A stretch of DNA of 62,591 nucleotides, counting the filler, from Sphacelaria rigidula (lineage: Eukaryota), in the NCBI GenBank assembly GCA_964200075.2. It is 6 parts of 6 records of this genome, joined end to end, with 100 filler letters (N's around TTAATTAATTAA, not from the genome) between each part and the next. Parts side by side here need not be neighbours in the genome. Positions count along the whole stretch, not along the records: positions 52,246 to 62,591 come from CAXNAA020006682.1; 5 more parts are not named here. One strand, 5' to 3'. Shown piece by piece: positions 60,301 through 62,591 of this stretch (position 1 is its first letter; every line of letters begins with the position of its first letter). A program made the translations under genes and the position numbers. Below the pieces are notes generated by a model. That model saw nothing but the letters and a program-made list of their open reading frames with translations. It made no database searches and was not told where the DNA came from.

Positions 60301-61929
60301 GTATATGCATACATTGTGCTCAACCCTTCGACCGCCAAGGTGGGTCATCTGTCATCTGCGGAGTCGTCATTACCTTTACTTGAACAGTGAACATGATAAC
60401 CAGATCGCCAACCCTCGTGGTCAAGGGGTTAGAAGCACTCGAAGATAGAGATATCAACCCAGGCGATACCAGCGGTGTGGAGATGAATGCAGTCCGGATA
60501 GTGTTCGAAGTGCAACACTGTCCCAGGAGGCTGTACAATGTGCTTCCTTTCCAGGGAACGTTCGGCGCTCAGCACAAAATATGCAAATCACTTTCGAACC
60601 TAAGGCGGGAGCAACCACCCGACAGTGAGATGACAGAGCGTTCGACAGCAGCGCAGTACGCTTTTTCGTCACATTCTTGGGAATAGAATTTTTTTGTACA
60701 AGCGTACATCGCAGTGCATTCTACTGTACGCTAGCAGCGCATGTGCGTCGGACCCCGCGTTGCCCGATGGGTGTCCAGGATAGGTGGCGGTGGTTCGTTA
60801 CGCTGACGGAGAACACTGGATTGATGTGCATGGGTGCAGTGCGTCGTATCGGTAGTGTCCAGACAGCGTGGTGTGCAGATTCTGAGGGTACACATACAAC
60901 TTGACCGTCCGTCACGGATAATCTGTTGGCCTGCTTCTGCGGGACGATAAAGAAGAGTGACAGTTTTCTCTTCTTCAGCCCGGGCGTCTAGTGTAAAACA
61001 TTGTTCCGAAAAGAATCATTTTTTATTTGGATAAAGTACGGAAAAAGCGGACTCGATTTATTTGATATCAGTATGCAGCGGAGAGGCATTACCCTTATGA
61101 TAAATAGGATGATAACAACAACTAGTGGTAAGCCACGACCGACGCGCGTGGCAGTGGTGCTGCAGGTATCAACGGCACAGGTCTCGCACGCGTGGAGTTT
61201 TTGAACAAGATGACGAAGAACAAAAAATAGCCCTGACATTTACCATGATTAATCAGTAGAAGCAGATGAGGACCCCCAACCCCACGGCTAACCGTAATCA
61301 CTGCGAAAGAAGAAAGGAATATTGACCGTATTGGCGCCAACCCGACAGCGCTATCCCGAAAAGAAACAAGGACCAAACCGAGTAGAATAGCGCCTCGCCT
61401 CTCATCTAGCCCTCCACCGGAGGTACAGTAATATCTCTTCAGGGCGTGCTTTGGACCACTGATGCTGAGGTGACACACCATCAGGTCCAATTTGTTTCCC
61501 CACCGCATCTTCGCTAAGATACGCCGATAGGTGAACATCACTTTTGAAAATTGATTGTTTCAACGTCGACCAGTTTTCAGTCTGATCGAGAAGCATTTTG
61601 TCCAGATTAGGGTTGCACACCAATATCAAATAAGGGTTGATTAAGTTGTATTTACGAAAATAAAAGAGGCGTTTCCGTCGTGTAACGCCATGTTTTTGCC
61701 CGGAGCGTGCGGGAGCATATGGTGGACCTACTCAAGTCGACGATACACGCGTACAGCAGATCCACACAGCATTGTCCGCACATGGCAGTAGCAGCACACA
61801 ACAGACCGCACGCCACACAGCACAGCAGTAAAGCAGTGCGCTCAGGGTTACACGCAACTCTACACCGTGAGTGGCGCAGTCAGTCGTGATGCAGGTGCTG
61901 CACCCGCCATCGGCAATTCCGCATCGGAG

Positions 61930-62280
61930 TCTTCTTCCTCTTTTGACAACAGTGAAGAACAACGCTTTCGTGAGATCGAGAGTAGAGCGTTGATTGAAAG
62001 TAGGTTTTGTCATACGTTCCAACACTTAACCAATTTTCATTCCGTGTGTGCTTTTCTTTGCCTCTAGCGCTGGCGTGTGCTTACAGTTACATGTCAATAT
62101 CTTACTCAGGGATATCGAGCGCATCAGTGGCAAGTTACTACAGAAAGCGTATCGGGCCTCGTAGAGGGGCATTTCGGAACTGAAACTACTCATTCATTAA
62201 TTGCCTGGTTCTCACTCTCAACGGTATCCTCTTATTACTCTCAATCTCACAAAAACATCATTCAAGGTGGAGATACAACC
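61930..62280. repeat. Dispersed repeat, inverted homolog of about 460-790
   Basis: The pseudo-ORFs at 451-675(-) and 62077-62508(+) share TQGY..QWQ.TTES.SGLVEGH.GTE.THS, and the DNA similarity extends beyond them. Confidence 0.75.
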
Positions 62281-62591
62281 GATTCTGTCTTGCCGATGGC
62301 ACTGTCATCTTTAATGTCGAGGGTGCAGGTTGTCTTGAAATACTGCTTGCAGGGCACCGGTTCCGTGCCGAGTGCCTCGAGTACCTACCAGCAGCCCGGG
62401 CAAGTTCAGCAAGGCGTGATATATTGTTGCTACTTCACCTATTGGCTGTCGCTACCGTGCACTCGTGTGCATGTCTGTGAGCGTGGCCGGCATGCAAGGT
62501 CATCATGACAGAACAGGCAAGGAGCACAAGAGTCATCCTACGATAGGGGGGGGGGGTATTTTGGGCCATTTGTTGCTCGAAATTTCGAGTC

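Overview
Repeat-rich eukaryotic DNA, most likely from a brown alga or related stramenopile. This is an inference from the ~50% GC, short exons in multi-kb GT-AG introns, TTAGGG tracts and the LINE C-terminus style. The window is not one locus. It consists of six pieces of 10352, 10351, 10349, 10347, 10346 and 10346 bp joined by identical 100-bp N44-TTAATTAATTAA-N44 linkers, i.e. unplaced contigs concatenated by size, so no synteny can be inferred across linkers. Three partial intron-containing genes could be spliced by hand, all on the minus strand: a zinc-dependent MDR dehydrogenase (last 4 exons through the stop), a TRF4/PAPD5-type non-canonical poly(A) polymerase (4 exons) and a NAK/STK16-type protein kinase (1 firm exon). 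The rest is mobile and repetitive DNA: a decayed Ty1/copia element with PPT and 3' LTR, a 42-bp satellite with higher-order structure and an internal inversion, foldback elements with minisatellite arms, TG..CA MITEs carrying telomeric TTAGGG, tRNA-derived SINEs and LINE 3' ends followed by oligo(C). I found no convincing new multi-gene system. The most unusual signals are in the repeat biology.
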